A stretch of DNA of 64,000 nt from Dehalococcoidia bacterium (GTDB taxonomy: Bacteria; Chloroflexota; Dehalococcoidia; Lucifugimonadales; Australimonadaceae), in contig DAOUJO010000017.1 of assembly GCA_034422595.1 (NCBI GenBank), forward strand, positions 2,303-66,302, given 5' to 3'. The notes under the pieces are model-generated. The model made no database searches. It was given only the letters and a program-made list of their open reading frames with translations, and was not told the DNA's origin. A program made the translations under genes and the position numbers. Position 1 is the stretch's first letter, and every line of letters begins with the position of its first letter. Below, in pieces: positions 26,455-35,911 of this stretch.

Positions 26455-28110
26455 TCAAACTTCCAGCGGTACGGTGATGATCATGGGGCGGCTGCGTGTC
26501 TCTCTGTACAGGAAGCGGCTCAGCGCCTCGCGCACGCGGTCGTTGATATGGTCCTCGTTCAGCGGGTCGAGGTTCGGCGCGCGGAGCGCCTCGATGACCA
26601 CCGCGGCGGCGCGTTCCATCAGCTCCTCCGCCTCTTCGGGCGCGGTGAAACCGCTCGATACGATTTCCGGCTCGCCGTAGACCTTGCCCGTCGCGTGGTC
26701 TACTGGAACGACCACGGCGACGAACCCGTCGCGTGAGAGCATCCGCCGGTCGCGCAGCACGGCCTCTCCGACGTCCCACGTGCGCAGCCCGTCGACGTAG
26801 ACGTGGCCAGCCTGGATGGGTTCGACGAGTTCCGCGCCGGTTTCGTCCAGCTCCAGCACGTCGCCGTCTTCGAGGATGAAGACGTTCTCGGGAACGATGT
26901 CAGTCTGTATGGCGAGGTCTGCGTGCGCGGCAAGCATCCGGTACTCACCGTGCACGGGCACGAAGTAGCGCGGCTTGATGAGGCGGAGCATCAGCTTGAG
27001 CTCTTCCTGACTCCCATGGCCGGGGACATGGACGCCGGGGGACGTCCGGCGTGTGAGCACCCTGGCGCCGCGCCGCGTGAGGTTGTCCACAACGGTGGCT
27101 ATGAGCGTTTCATTACCCGGTATCGCGGTTGCGGAGATGACGACCGTGTCGTTCTCGTGGACCTCGATGTCGCGATTGGCGTTGTTGGCGACCCGAGAGA
27201 GAACAGAGAGCGGCTCGCCCTGCGCACCGGTCAGGACGATCACCTGCTGCTCGTGCGGGAGAGCGCTCAGGGCCTGGAGATCGAGCAGCATGCCGGGCGG
27301 CGCCTTTATGTAGCCGTTCGCCACGGCCATGTTGACGTTGTCCACCATGGAACGCCCTGCAGGGGCGACCTTTCTTCCGTGTTTCACCGCGGCATCCAGC
27401 ACCTGCTGCACTCGCGCGGTCAGGGATGCGAACGTGGCTATGAGCACTCGACCCGGAGCGTCGGCTATGACGTGGTCGAGCGCGGACGCCACGACACTCT
27501 CAGACGGCGTGTAGCCGGGCACCTCGGCGTATGTCGAGTCGGACAGGAGCAGCAGAACACCCTCGCTGCCGAGTTCAGCGATGCGTTGCAGGTCAGTGGG
27601 GCGTCCATCCGCGGGAGTGTGATCTATCTTGAAGTCGCCGGTGTGGACGATGAGGCCGGCGGGGGTGCGCAGAGCGATGCCGCACGCGTCCGGGATGCTG
27701 TGGCAGACGCGGAAGTACTCGGCGTGAACCGTTCCGAGATCGAGCGTGCTACCCGCATCGACCTCGTGGAGTTCGTAATCACTGATCCGGTGTTGGCGGA
27801 GCTTCACCTCGATCAGGTCGTGGGCGAGGGGAGGAGCGTAGATGGGGACGTTCAGTTCGCGCAGGATGTATGGGAGAGCCCCGGTGTGGTCCTCGTGTCC
27901 GTGGGTGATCAGGATCGCTCGCACGCGCTCGGCGTTGGCCGTCAGATAGGAGATGTCCGGGAGTACGAGGTCTATCCCCAGCATCTCCTGCTTGGGGAAC
28001 ATGAGGCCGGCGTCGATGACGACGATGTCATTGCCGTACTCGACGCACAGCATGTTCTTGCCCACTTCGCCCAGGCCGCCGATGGGGACGATGCGGATGG
28101 GGTGAGGCAT
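26455..28110 (-). CDS. rnj: ribonuclease J
   Basis: 551 aa. IVPIGGLGEVGKNM, the metallo-beta-lactamase motif HGHEDHTG, a beta-CASP domain and a C-terminal domain. Confidence 0.92.
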   Translation of the reverse strand: MPHPIRIVPIGGLGEVGKNMLCVEYGNDIVVIDAGLMFPKQEMLGIDLVLPDISYLTANAERVRAILITHGHEDHTGALPYILRELNVPIYAPPLAHDLIEVKLRQHRISDYELHEVDAGSTLDLGTVHAEYFRVCHSIPDACGIALRTPAGLIVHTGDFKIDHTPADGRPTDLQRIAELGSEGVLLLLSDSTYAEVPGYTPSESVVASALDHVIADAPGRVLIATFASLTARVQQVLDAAVKHGRKVAPAGRSMVDNVNMAVANGYIKAPPGMLLDLQALSALPHEQQVIVLTGAQGEPLSVLSRVANNANRDIEVHENDTVVISATAIPGNETLIATVVDNLTRRGARVLTRRTSPGVHVPGHGSQEELKLMLRLIKPRYFVPVHGEYRMLAAHADLAIQTDIVPENVFILEDGDVLELDETGAELVEPIQAGHVYVDGLRTWDVGEAVLRDRRMLSRDGFVAVVVPVDHATGKVYGEPEIVSSGFTAPEEAEELMERAAAVVIEALRAPNLDPLNEDHINDRVREALSRFLYRETRSRPMIITVPLEV

Positions 28111-28112
28111 CG

Positions 28113-28733
28113 TTAGAACATGCTCAACTGCTGAGAGCCGCCAGCCTCGTCCTGCGCGTCATCCTCATCCGGCGTCCCGTGCTCCTCACGCTCTCTGAGG
28201 AGTGCACCGAGCTTCGCGAAGTCGGCTTCGATAGTGGCGCGGAGCGCGCCGTTATGCAGCGCTGCGGCCGGGTGGTAGAGCGGGAAGATGGTGATGCCGT
28301 CGAATACGCGCGGCCTTGCGCGCACCTTGCTGATGGAGTCCCTCGGGAACCACCGAGCAAGAGCGTGACGCCCCAGAGGAACGATCACAGCGGGTTTGAT
28401 CGAATCTATCTGGGCGTCTAGGTAGCGGGAGCAGGAGCTGATCTCGCCCGGGAAAGGGTCGCGGTTGTTGGGAGGGCGGCACTTCACCATGTTGGTGATG
28501 AACACGTCCTCACGCTTCAACCCGATGGAGAGCAGCAGTTCGTCGAGGAATTGACCTGCAGGACCGACGAACGGTCTGCCCTGGCGGTCTTCATTGAAGC
28601 CCGGGCCCTCGCCGATGAACATGAGGGAGGCGTTGGGTGCACCTTCTCCGGGCACAGCGTTCGTCCGTGCACGATGGAGAGCACATTCCTGGCAGGTGTG
28701 TATCTGCTGGTGGAGTGCTTGGAGGTCAGCCAC
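28113..28733 (-). CDS. uracil-DNA glycosylase, family 4
   Basis: CQECALH...VPGEG.....[19 protein letters not shown] and HPAA motifs. GTG start at 28733. Confidence 0.85.
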   Translation of the reverse strand: MADLQALHQQIHTCQECALHRARTNAVPGEGAPNASLMFIGEGPGFNEDRQGRPFVGPAGQFLDELLLSIGLKREDVFITNMVKCRPPNNRDPFPGEISSCSRYLDAQIDSIKPAVIVPLGRHALARWFPRDSISKVRARPRVFDGITIFPLYHPAAALHNGALRATIEADFAKLGALLREREEHGTPDEDDAQDEAGGSQQLSMF

Positions 28734-28743
28734 AGGCGTCCTG

Positions 28744-29001
28744 TCAGTCGGAAACGCCCTTGCTCTTGATGAAGTCGACGGCGTTCTGGATGGTCCGGAT
28801 CTGTTCCGCGTCTTCGTCGGATATCTTGAGGGTGGTGTCCCCGTCGGAGAACTCTTCCTCGAATGCCATGATGAGTTCTACGAGGTCGAGAGAGTCGGCG
28901 TTGAGGTCGTCGACGAAGGAGGCCTCCATCGCGATGGCGCTCTCCTCCACCCCGAGCCTGTCCACTACTACGTTCTTCACACGGTCGTAAACGGTCGCCA
29001 T
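28744..29001 (-). CDS. acpP: acyl carrier protein
   Basis: 85 aa with the phosphopantetheine attachment motif [30 protein letters not shown]. Confidence 0.9.
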   Translation of the reverse strand: MATVYDRVKNVVVDRLGVEESAIAMEASFVDDLNADSLDLVELIMAFEEEFSDGDTTLKISDEDAEQIRTIQNAVDFIKSKGVSD

Positions 29002-29017
29002 TTGCCTTCCTCAGCAG

Positions 29018-29536
29018 TTATGTGTTCTGTTGTTCCCGCTCGTTGAACGATGCCCCGAGCACGCCATTCACGAACCTGGCGGAGCCTTCGCTCCCAAAGG
29101 TCTTGGCCAGTTCCACGGCTTCGTTGATGGCCACCAGCGGCGGTGTCGGTGAACCGTCCGCCAGTTCGAAGAGCCCCAGCCGGAGGACAGCCCGGTCGAC
29201 GGCGGCGAGCTGTTCGATGGGCCAGAGAGGTTCGTGCCGCCGGATGAGGGCGTCCAGCTGACGCTGCTCGCTGACCACGCCTTCGACACAGCCTTCGGCG
29301 AAAGCAACAGCGTCGGGTGAGGCGTCCAACTCGTCTGCCCGTGTTTCCAGCGCCGAGCGCCACTCATGCCCCGTGAGGTCGTGTTCGTACAGCACCTGGA
29401 GCGCGAGCACGCGCCCCTGGCGCTCCGGCCTGTTCCTGCGGCCTCGGCTGGCCTTTCTCGTACCGCCGGGAGACTCGATCATCGGGCTTGTTAAAGAGAC
29501 GCCCCGAGTGCTGGTCGAGGCGGGATTCCACGTCAT
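29018..29536 (-). CDS. nusB: transcription antitermination factor NusB (with short N-terminal extension)
   Basis: [27 protein letters not shown] and [12 protein letters not shown] blocks. The start may be the internal Met at about 29482. Confidence 0.8.
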   Translation of the reverse strand: MTWNPASTSTRGVSLTSPMIESPGGTRKASRGRRNRPERQGRVLALQVLYEHDLTGHEWRSALETRADELDASPDAVAFAEGCVEGVVSEQRQLDALIRRHEPLWPIEQLAAVDRAVLRLGLFELADGSPTPPLVAINEAVELAKTFGSEGSARFVNGVLGASFNEREQQNT

Positions 29537-29537
29537 C

Positions 29538-30455
29538 TTACGCCAGCGCAGAGACAGCGTCTAGGTCTGTCACCGCGAGCGCTGCAGCGTCCGGCGCGAT
29601 GCGTCTGGCGAGTCCGGTGAGCACCTTGCCGGGGCCGAACTCGATGAACCGGTCCACCCCTCGAGCGGCCATCAGTTCCACGGACTGCTGCCAGTAGACG
29701 CAGCCGCAGAGCTGTGAGCCAAGCTCCGCCCGTACCTCCTCCGCCGACTCGATCGGTAAGGCCGTCGTGTTGGCCACGATGGGCACAGCAGCCGTGTTCA
29801 GCACCACTTCCGCAAGGACGTCTGCCATCGACTCCTGCGCGGGGCGCATGACCTCTGTGTGAAAAGCCCCGGCGACCTCCAGTGGGATGGCCCGGCGCGC
29901 GCCTGCGTTCTTTGCGTTCTCTATCGCCCGTTCGAGGGAGTCGTTCGGGCCGCCGAGTACGATCTGCTCGGCGGAGTTCACGTTCGCCACCTGTGCGCCT
30001 GTTCCTTCGCAAGCCTGGAGGGCAGGCGCTAGGGTGAGGCCGATCAGTGCGGCCATGCCGCTCGGGGTGGCCTCGCAGGCCGCCTGCATCAGTTCACCAC
30101 GTGCTCTTACAAGGCGTAATCCCTCCGACAGGGTGAGCGAACCCGCTGCCACGAGCGCGGCATATTCGCCAACGCTGTGCCCGGCGGTGAAGGAAGGCCG
30201 GGGCAACGCTGTGCCGAAGTGCTCCTCTGTAGCGCGAAGCATGGCGATGCTCACGCAGAGGATGGCGGGTTGAGCGTTGTGGGAGCGGACCAGTTCGTCC
30301 GCCGGGCCTTCCAGGATGAGGCGGGAGAGCGGCACGCCCAGTACCTGGTCGGCTTCATCGAAGACTGCGCGTGCGGCGGGCGACTTGTGCCAAGCGTCGG
30401 AGCCCATGCCCACGGCCTGAGCGCCCTGTCCGGGGAAGATGAAGGCGGTGCTCAT
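29538..30455 (-). CDS. fabD: malonyl CoA-ACP transacylase
   Basis: 305 aa. FIFPGQGAQ..GMG, the active-site GHSVGEYAAL and GPGKVLTGL. Confidence 0.9.
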   Translation of the reverse strand: MSTAFIFPGQGAQAVGMGSDAWHKSPAARAVFDEADQVLGVPLSRLILEGPADELVRSHNAQPAILCVSIAMLRATEEHFGTALPRPSFTAGHSVGEYAALVAAGSLTLSEGLRLVRARGELMQAACEATPSGMAALIGLTLAPALQACEGTGAQVANVNSAEQIVLGGPNDSLERAIENAKNAGARRAIPLEVAGAFHTEVMRPAQESMADVLAEVVLNTAAVPIVANTTALPIESAEEVRAELGSQLCGCVYWQQSVELMAARGVDRFIEFGPGKVLTGLARRIAPDAAALAVTDLDAVSALA

Positions 30456-30471
30456 TGAGCGCAGGCGAGCG

Positions 30472-30663
30472 TTATTCGAGCTCGCTCTCTATGCGAAGCA
30501 CGTCGCGTCCGCGGTAGTATCCGCAGGTGGGGCACACGTGGTGCGGTCTCATCGGGTCAGGGCAACGAGGGCACTCAACCAGGCTGACGAGCGTCTTGTG
30601 CTGGTGGGCGCGGTTCGTCCCGACGCGGGACTTGGAACGCTTTCTCTTCGGCAGAGGGGGCAT
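30472..30663 (-). CDS. rpmF: 50S ribosomal protein L32
   Basis: 63 aa. PKRKRSKSR...H and a CPxC...CPxCG zinc ribbon. Confidence 0.9.
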   Translation of the reverse strand: MPPLPKRKRSKSRVGTNRAHQHKTLVSLVECPRCPDPMRPHHVCPTCGYYRGRDVLRIESELE

Positions 30664-30669
30664 GGTTCT

Positions 30670-31200
30670 TCACTCCAACAATTTCCGCAGCACGGTCCAA
30701 CGCTGGTCCTGGTAGTGCTCACACGAGCAGGCACTCTCGTTCCGGTCGTTGCCGCACTCGGGACAGATTCCCTTGCAGTCCTCCCGGCAGACGGGCGCCA
30801 TCGGGGTGCCCGCCAGCCTGTACTGGCGCAGCGCGTCGCTCAGGTCGAGCACGTGCTGCTCGTCGATGCTGTTCACGTCCGCGCCGGTGTCGTCCTCGCC
30901 GTAGCGGAGCTTCGCTCCGGTAGCGATGTCGACACTCGGCAGGAAGACATCGTCCACGTTCGCCTCTATCCACGACGCGAAAGGCGTCAGGCAGCGGCTG
31001 CAGACGTAGTCCACGGACAAGGCGACGGGACCGGACGCCCAGACCCCGCGATCCGTGCGAGTGAGCCGGAACGCTCCTCTGACGTAGGCTGAAACACCTT
31101 CGTCTGATTCGAGCGCCAAGCCGTCGACCTCGAACGTCCGGGTAGTCCCGACAACGTCCTTGAGGAGTTGGGCGACGTTCACTTGTAGCTGCAGGCTCAT
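30670..31200 (-). CDS. yceD: YceD/DUF177 family protein (large ribosomal RNA subunit accumulation protein)
   Basis: It sits directly upstream of rpmF, as in most bacteria. C-terminal Cys cluster CREDCKGICPECG. ATG verified at 31200; the track ORF extends spuriously to 31461. Confidence 0.8.
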   Translation of the reverse strand: MSLQLQVNVAQLLKDVVGTTRTFEVDGLALESDEGVSAYVRGAFRLTRTDRGVWASGPVALSVDYVCSRCLTPFASWIEANVDDVFLPSVDIATGAKLRYGEDDTGADVNSIDEQHVLDLSDALRQYRLAGTPMAPVCREDCKGICPECGNDRNESACSCEHYQDQRWTVLRKLLE

Positions 31201-31273
31201 CGCCAAATCCGTGCGCAACCGTGTAAGTATAGCAGGCCGCGTGCCAGCAGGAACGGGCCTTACGTGCCGGGTG

Positions 31274-31690
31274 TCAGCGCTCGTGTGCGCGGCGTCCCGC
31301 TTCCGCTGCTGCGCGGAGGGCAGGCACCAGGTCGGCGGAGCGAGCGCCGGGAGTGAAAATGGCGGCGACACCCATCTCCAAGAGGGCGGTGCGGTCCTGT
31401 GGCGGGATGATTCCGCCCGCGATGAGAGGGACATGCTCGAGCCCGGCGCGTTGCAGCGCATCCATCACCGCAGGCACGAGTTCCATGTGCGCACCAGAGA
31501 GGATGCTCAGGCCGACAGCCTCAGCTCTGAACTCGCGGGCCTGCTCAGCGATCTCGTCCGGCGTCCTGCGGATGCCTGTGTACCGCACCTCGAACCCGGC
31601 CTCGCGCAGCAGGCGCACGATGACGCGCGCTCCGCGGTCGTGGCCGTCGAGGCCCGGTTTCGCGATGAGGACTCGCAATGCGTCCGGCAT
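31274..31690 (-). CDS. cobalamin-binding domain protein (methylmalonyl-CoA mutase small subunit / C-terminal domain type)
   Basis: 138 aa. AKPGLDGHDRGARVI..L...GFEV.Y.G contains the DxHxxG B12-binding motif, followed by a GGIIP loop. Confidence 0.8.
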   Translation of the reverse strand: MPDALRVLIAKPGLDGHDRGARVIVRLLREAGFEVRYTGIRRTPDEIAEQAREFRAEAVGLSILSGAHMELVPAVMDALQRAGLEHVPLIAGGIIPPQDRTALLEMGVAAIFTPGARSADLVPALRAAAEAGRRAHER

Positions 31691-31697
31691 CGAGGCG

Positions 31698-32144
31698 TCA
31701 GCGCAGGTAAGGCGTTACGAATTCGATGAGCGCCCCGTGCGTCTTTGAAGGGTCGGCGAAGGCGATACGTCCGGTGAAGCCCTCGCGCGGGCCGGTGATG
31801 ATGGGGATGCCGATGGCCTCGAGTTCGCGGGCCTTCACTTCGACGTCGTCCACGGTGAACGCCATGTGATGGATGCCCTCGCCGTGACGTTCGAGGAACC
31901 TGCCGATGACGGAGTCGGCACGGAGCGGTTGGAGCAGCTCAATGTGCGTTTCTCCCTGCTCGATGAACGCACCCCGCACCCCGTGCTCTTCGTTCACGAG
32001 GATGTGCGCCGCCTGTGGCGAATCCAGCAAGTCATAGAACTGCTGGAGAGACTCCTCGATGCTGACGACGGCGAGGCCTATGTGGTTGAGTGCGCCAACG
32101 CGGGTGTTGCTGCTTGCGAGTGTCATGCGTGGATGGTACCGCAT
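31698..32144 (-). CDS. methylmalonyl-CoA epimerase (VOC family)
   Basis: LNHIGLAV...GIHHMAFTVDDV......G..GRIAF.DP..T.G.LIEF pattern. It is adjacent to the B12-domain gene. Start uncertain (32144 or 32126). Confidence 0.7.
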   Translation of the reverse strand: MRYHPRMTLASSNTRVGALNHIGLAVVSIEESLQQFYDLLDSPQAAHILVNEEHGVRGAFIEQGETHIELLQPLRADSVIGRFLERHGEGIHHMAFTVDDVEVKARELEAIGIPIITGPREGFTGRIAFADPSKTHGALIEFVTPYLR

Positions 32145-32284
32145 TTCCTGAGAGCATGCCCTAGGGGCTCGTCGTTGCCGAGTTGTGCGCTATTCGTCGC
32201 CAAGGTCGATTCGGGTTGCTGCTATCGGCGTGTATGTGGTAGACAGTAGCCGATATTGAGCGGTTTATCCGCTGGAGGCTGATC

Positions 32285-33583
32285 ATGAAGAAAGCGTACC
32301 GCTCATACCTGGTGCTTATGGCGATAGCCGTGCTGACGGCGTTGGTGCTGGCCGCGTGTGGCGGCTCCGACGACCCCACAGCGACACCTCGTCCGACGGC
32401 CACACCGGTTCCCGATACGTCGGCGCCGCAGCCCACCCCGACATCAGCGCCCAGCGCCCCAAGTGAACCGACCGCTACCCCAGAGCCAGGCGCGCCTGCT
32501 CCGGCGCCGACCGCGACGCCCACATCGGCTCCCCCGCCTCCAACGGCAACACCGTTGCCGTCTTTCGACGCGGAGGCACACTTCAAAGGCAAGACCATCC
32601 GCATGGTCGTTGGATTCAACCCGGGCGGTGGTACCGACACACAGGCACGCTTTCTCGCGGCCAAATGGGGTCAGTACATACCGGGTAACCCGCGCATCGT
32701 CGTCAGCAACCTGACGCCCTCTCTGGCTGCCAGCAATTTCGTTTGGGAATCCGAGCCAAACGGCCTCATCATCATCTACAACGCAACGGCACCCATCCAG
32801 TCGTCGACAGACCCGAATGCCATCTTCAAAGCGTCCGGTTTCGAGGTGATCGGTGCTCCGGTAGCCCGCAACGCGGTGTGGATGATCAACGGCCACGAGT
32901 TGCCGTATAACGACATCACAGAGGCCATGGGGGCCTCCGGCCCGACACTTGTCGGTGCCGGTTCTGCCCCCACGCCACAAGAATTGACAGGAGTAACCGC
33001 TCTGGGCAACTTCCTGCTGGCGGACTGGCTCAACCTGCCGTTCCAGTACAAGCTGGTTGCCTCGACCGGCACCGAACAGACACTACTGATGCTGGAGCGC
33101 GGCGACGTGAACAGCTTCACTGCGGGGAGCGTGTGGTACCAGTTGCCTCAGCGCAGGCCCGGATGGATAACCAGCGGCTTCATCAGGCCCTTCGCAGGCC
33201 TCGCCGGACCCGGCGGCGTCATCGTGGGCAATGCCGAGGTTGACGAGTTTAACGCCCCCTATGCGCGCGACCTCATCAGTGACGAGCAGCGAGACATCTG
33301 GGACGGGCTGATGGCCCCGGAGACGTTCGTGGGCAAGAACCTGCTGGCGCCTCCCGACACTCCTCTGGACATCGTCAACACGCTCCGCAGGGCATGGGAC
33401 GAAGCTTTGGCCGACCCTGAGTTCCGCGCCGACTTCGAGCAGATACTCGGCCAGCCGATCGAGATCGAGCAGAGCGGAGCCGAGCTGCAGGAGATATTCG
33501 CGCAGGTGGAGGACGCGTTCCTGCGCAACATCGGGCAGCTGCGGGAAGTGCAGGAGTCCGTGTACGACAAGTTCACGAGGTAG
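32285..33583 (+). CDS. tctC: tripartite tricarboxylate transporter substrate-binding lipoprotein (TctC/Bug family) with long Pro/Thr/Ala stalk
   Basis: Lipobox LAAC-G and a ~65-aa PT-rich stalk, followed by KGKTIRMVVGFNPGGGTDTQAR, typical of Bug/TctC proteins. SD GGAGG. Confidence 0.8.
   Translation: MKKAYRSYLVLMAIAVLTALVLAACGGSDDPTATPRPTATPVPDTSAPQPTPTSAPSAPSEPTATPEPGAPAPAPTATPTSAPPPPTATPLPSFDAEAHFKGKTIRMVVGFNPGGGTDTQARFLAAKWGQYIPGNPRIVVSNLTPSLAASNFVWESEPNGLIIIYNATAPIQSSTDPNAIFKASGFEVIGAPVARNAVWMINGHELPYNDITEAMGASGPTLVGAGSAPTPQELTGVTALGNFLLADWLNLPFQYKLVASTGTEQTLLMLERGDVNSFTAGSVWYQLPQRRPGWITSGFIRPFAGLAGPGGVIVGNAEVDEFNAPYARDLISDEQRDIWDGLMAPETFVGKNLLAPPDTPLDIVNTLRRAWDEALADPEFRADFEQILGQPIEIEQSGAELQEIFAQVEDAFLRNIGQLREVQESVYDKFTR
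32357..32560 (+). repeat. low-complexity Pro/Thr/Ala-coding stalk of TctC
   Basis: CGGSDDPTATPRPTATPVPDTSAPQPTPTSAPSAPSEPTATPEPGAPAPAPTATPTSAPPPPTATPLP. It generates a Gly/Val/Ala-rich shadow ORF (32161..32664, minus). Confidence 0.85.
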
Positions 33584-33606
33584 CGTTCGTCACGCTTGTC
33601 TGACAG

Positions 33607-33638
33607 CGCGCGGCGGAGCATCAGCGCTCCGCCGCGCG
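33607..33638 (+). promoter_or_regulatory. GC-rich intercistronic stem-loop between tctC and tctA
   Basis: cGCGCGGCGGAGC-atcagc-GCTCCGCCGCGCg gives about 13 bp of stem with no U tract. It ends 17 nt before the tctA GTG (SD GGAGG at 33645-33649). Confidence 0.45.
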
Positions 33639-33655
33639 GATGATGGAGGCGACAC

Positions 33656-35713
33656 GTGAGCGAATTACTGGAGGGTCTGTCGTACCTGGGCAACGGCGGC
33701 TATTGGGCGGCGTTCGGTGTCGCTGTCTTCATGGCTGTCTTCGTCGGGCTGTTGCCAGGCGTCTCTGCAACTCTGGTGATGGCGCTCTCCATCTCGTTCA
33801 TCGTGCTGAACATAGAAGACCCGCTCATCGGCATCGTCATGCTGGCGACGCTGACAGGCGTGGACAACACACTGGATTCGATCCCCGCTGTGCTGCTCGG
33901 TCAGCCCGGCGGAGCGACCCAGGTAACGTTCCTGGAAGGTAACCAGCTGGCCCGCAGGGGTCTGGCCGCGCACACGCTCGGAGCGGTCTACGCGGTCTCT
34001 GCGATGGGTGGTCTCGTCGGAGCTCTGGCGCTCGCTATCGTCATTCCGGTCATCAAGCCGTTCATCCTCGCGTTCGGGTTCCCCGAGATAGCGGCCATGG
34101 CGTTGTTCGGCGTCGCGATGGTCGCAGCGCTCAGTTCCGGTGCGATGGTGAAGGGGCTGGCAGCCGCAGCATTCGGCCTGCTGCTCGGCACCATCGGCAT
34201 CGATCCCATCTCTGCTGCGCACCGGTACACGTTCGGCTCCCTGCACTTGTGGGAAGGACTCCCTTTGATCGCAACTACCATCGGGCTCTTCGCACTCCCG
34301 GAGATGATCGACCTGACTATGACGAGACGGCCGGTCGCCATGCACGGGGCGGTGGTCAACAACCGCGAGGTCTTCCGCGGCGTGCGTTACGGACTAACCA
34401 AGTGGAACATCGCCATCCGGAACGGACTCTTCGGTGTGTTCCTGGGCGCCGTGCCAGGCATAGGCGGGGCAGTTGTGGACTGGCTCTCCTATGCCATGGG
34501 CATCTTCTTCAGCAAGGACAAGAGCGAGTTCGGGAAGGGTTCGCTGGACGGGGTGCTCTTTGCCGAAGCCGCGCAGAACTCGAAAGAAGCAGGGCAGGCT
34601 ATCCCCACCCTGGCGTTCGGCGTGCCGGGCGGTAGGGCATGGGCATTCGTCATCGTCGCCATGCTGGCCTACGGCATAACGCCTGGCCCGCCGATGCTGG
34701 ACCGGTTCGCCGACATCACCATCATGATGGTGTTCAGCCTTGCGCTGGGGAACCTTGCGGTCACCGTCATCGGTATGTTCCTCACGGGGCAGCTGGCGAA
34801 ACTCACGTTGATCCCCTATCCACTCATCGGCGCAATCATCATCCCGATATCGTTCCTGTCGGCCTACCTCTCCTCGACGGACCTCATCGCGATCTTCATC
34901 ATCGTGTCCGCCGCGTTGCTCGGCTTGCTGATGAAGCAGTACAAATGGCCGAGGCCGCCCCTGCTGCTGGGGTTCATCCTGGGCCGTATCATCGAGTTCA
35001 ACTTCCAGTCGGCTATCTCCATCCACGGCATGGGTGGGCTGTTGACGAGGCCGCTGACCATCGTGTTGCTGGTCCTGGCGGTGGCGATCGCCGTCACGTT
35101 CTCCAAGATGGGAAATATCGGTACCGCCGGTACGCTTTCTGATGAGGAAACCATGCCGGTAGTACGTGGCGGAAGCGGGGACGACCCGGCGGCTATCGCG
35201 GGCACTGCGGCAGCCGTGGAGACCAGACGACGGACGTGGGCGCTAACGCCGGCAGCTGTCTTCACCCTGGCAATTATCGGGATGGCGGCCTGGGCGTTGC
35301 AGGAAGCGTGGTTCGGGTTTCCCACGCGCGGCAAGGTCTTCCCCGTGTCGCTGAGTCTCGCGGTCATCATCCTGAGCAGCGTCCAACTCGTCCACGATCT
35401 GCGGCGGGGCAAGACCGGCGCAATCATGGATATAGGGATGAGGAGCGCGGGCATGGAAGGCGCTGTGAAGACGGCGCTGCTCATCATCGGCTGGGTTGCC
35501 TTCTTCGTCTTGCTCATCTTCGTGATCGGCCTGAAGTGGGCGACCATGGTCTTCCCGATCGGTCCCACGCTGCTCTTCCTGCAGGGCCGCACGCGCTGGA
35601 TAGGCCTGGCAGTTGCGGTGCCGTTCGTGGTGCTGTTCAACCTGATCGTTATGGACTACGTGATGGCCGTCATCTGGGCGGAGCCGCTCATCCCATTCTT
35701 CTCAACGCGTTAG
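33656..35713 (+). CDS. tctA: tripartite tricarboxylate transporter permease, TctA fused to a C-terminal TctB-like 4-TM module
   Basis: 685 aa. The first ~500 aa form a polytopic TctA-like region. A soluble linker (SDEETMPVVRGGSGDDPAAIAG) follows, then ~170 aa with four hydrophobic segments resembling TctB. GTG start. Confidence 0.8.
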   Translation: MSELLEGLSYLGNGGYWAAFGVAVFMAVFVGLLPGVSATLVMALSISFIVLNIEDPLIGIVMLATLTGVDNTLDSIPAVLLGQPGGATQVTFLEGNQLARRGLAAHTLGAVYAVSAMGGLVGALALAIVIPVIKPFILAFGFPEIAAMALFGVAMVAALSSGAMVKGLAAAAFGLLLGTIGIDPISAAHRYTFGSLHLWEGLPLIATTIGLFALPEMIDLTMTRRPVAMHGAVVNNREVFRGVRYGLTKWNIAIRNGLFGVFLGAVPGIGGAVVDWLSYAMGIFFSKDKSEFGKGSLDGVLFAEAAQNSKEAGQAIPTLAFGVPGGRAWAFVIVAMLAYGITPGPPMLDRFADITIMMVFSLALGNLAVTVIGMFLTGQLAKLTLIPYPLIGAIIIPISFLSAYLSSTDLIAIFIIVSAALLGLLMKQYKWPRPPLLLGFILGRIIEFNFQSAISIHGMGGLLTRPLTIVLLVLAVAIAVTFSKMGNIGTAGTLSDEETMPVVRGGSGDDPAAIAGTAAAVETRRRTWALTPAAVFTLAIIGMAAWALQEAWFGFPTRGKVFPVSLSLAVIILSSVQLVHDLRRGKTGAIMDIGMRSAGMEGAVKTALLIIGWVAFFVLLIFVIGLKWATMVFPIGPTLLFLQGRTRWIGLAVAVPFVVLFNLIVMDYVMAVIWAEPLIPFFSTR

Positions 35714-35783
35714 CGAAGAGCAGGGCGCTTCCGCTCGTGCCCCATACATGCCTGTCCCGTGGCGGAGTCCTCCCCCGCCATCA

Positions 35784-35813
35784 GAAGCCCCGCACCGATC
35801 CGTGCGGGGCTTC
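35784..35813 (+). terminator. terminator-like hairpin after tctA
   Basis: GAAGCCCCGCAC-cgatcc-GTGCGGGGCTTC is a 12-bp perfect stem, followed by attcgcg (poor U tract). Confidence 0.55.
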
Positions 35814-35911
35814 ATTCGCGCATCGAGTGTTCACGGATACGGCCACCCCAGCCCGGCCTGCTTGCGTCCGGCTTGCCTCCTGCGGAGATCGGAGGCGGCA
35901 AGGAGGGGGCC

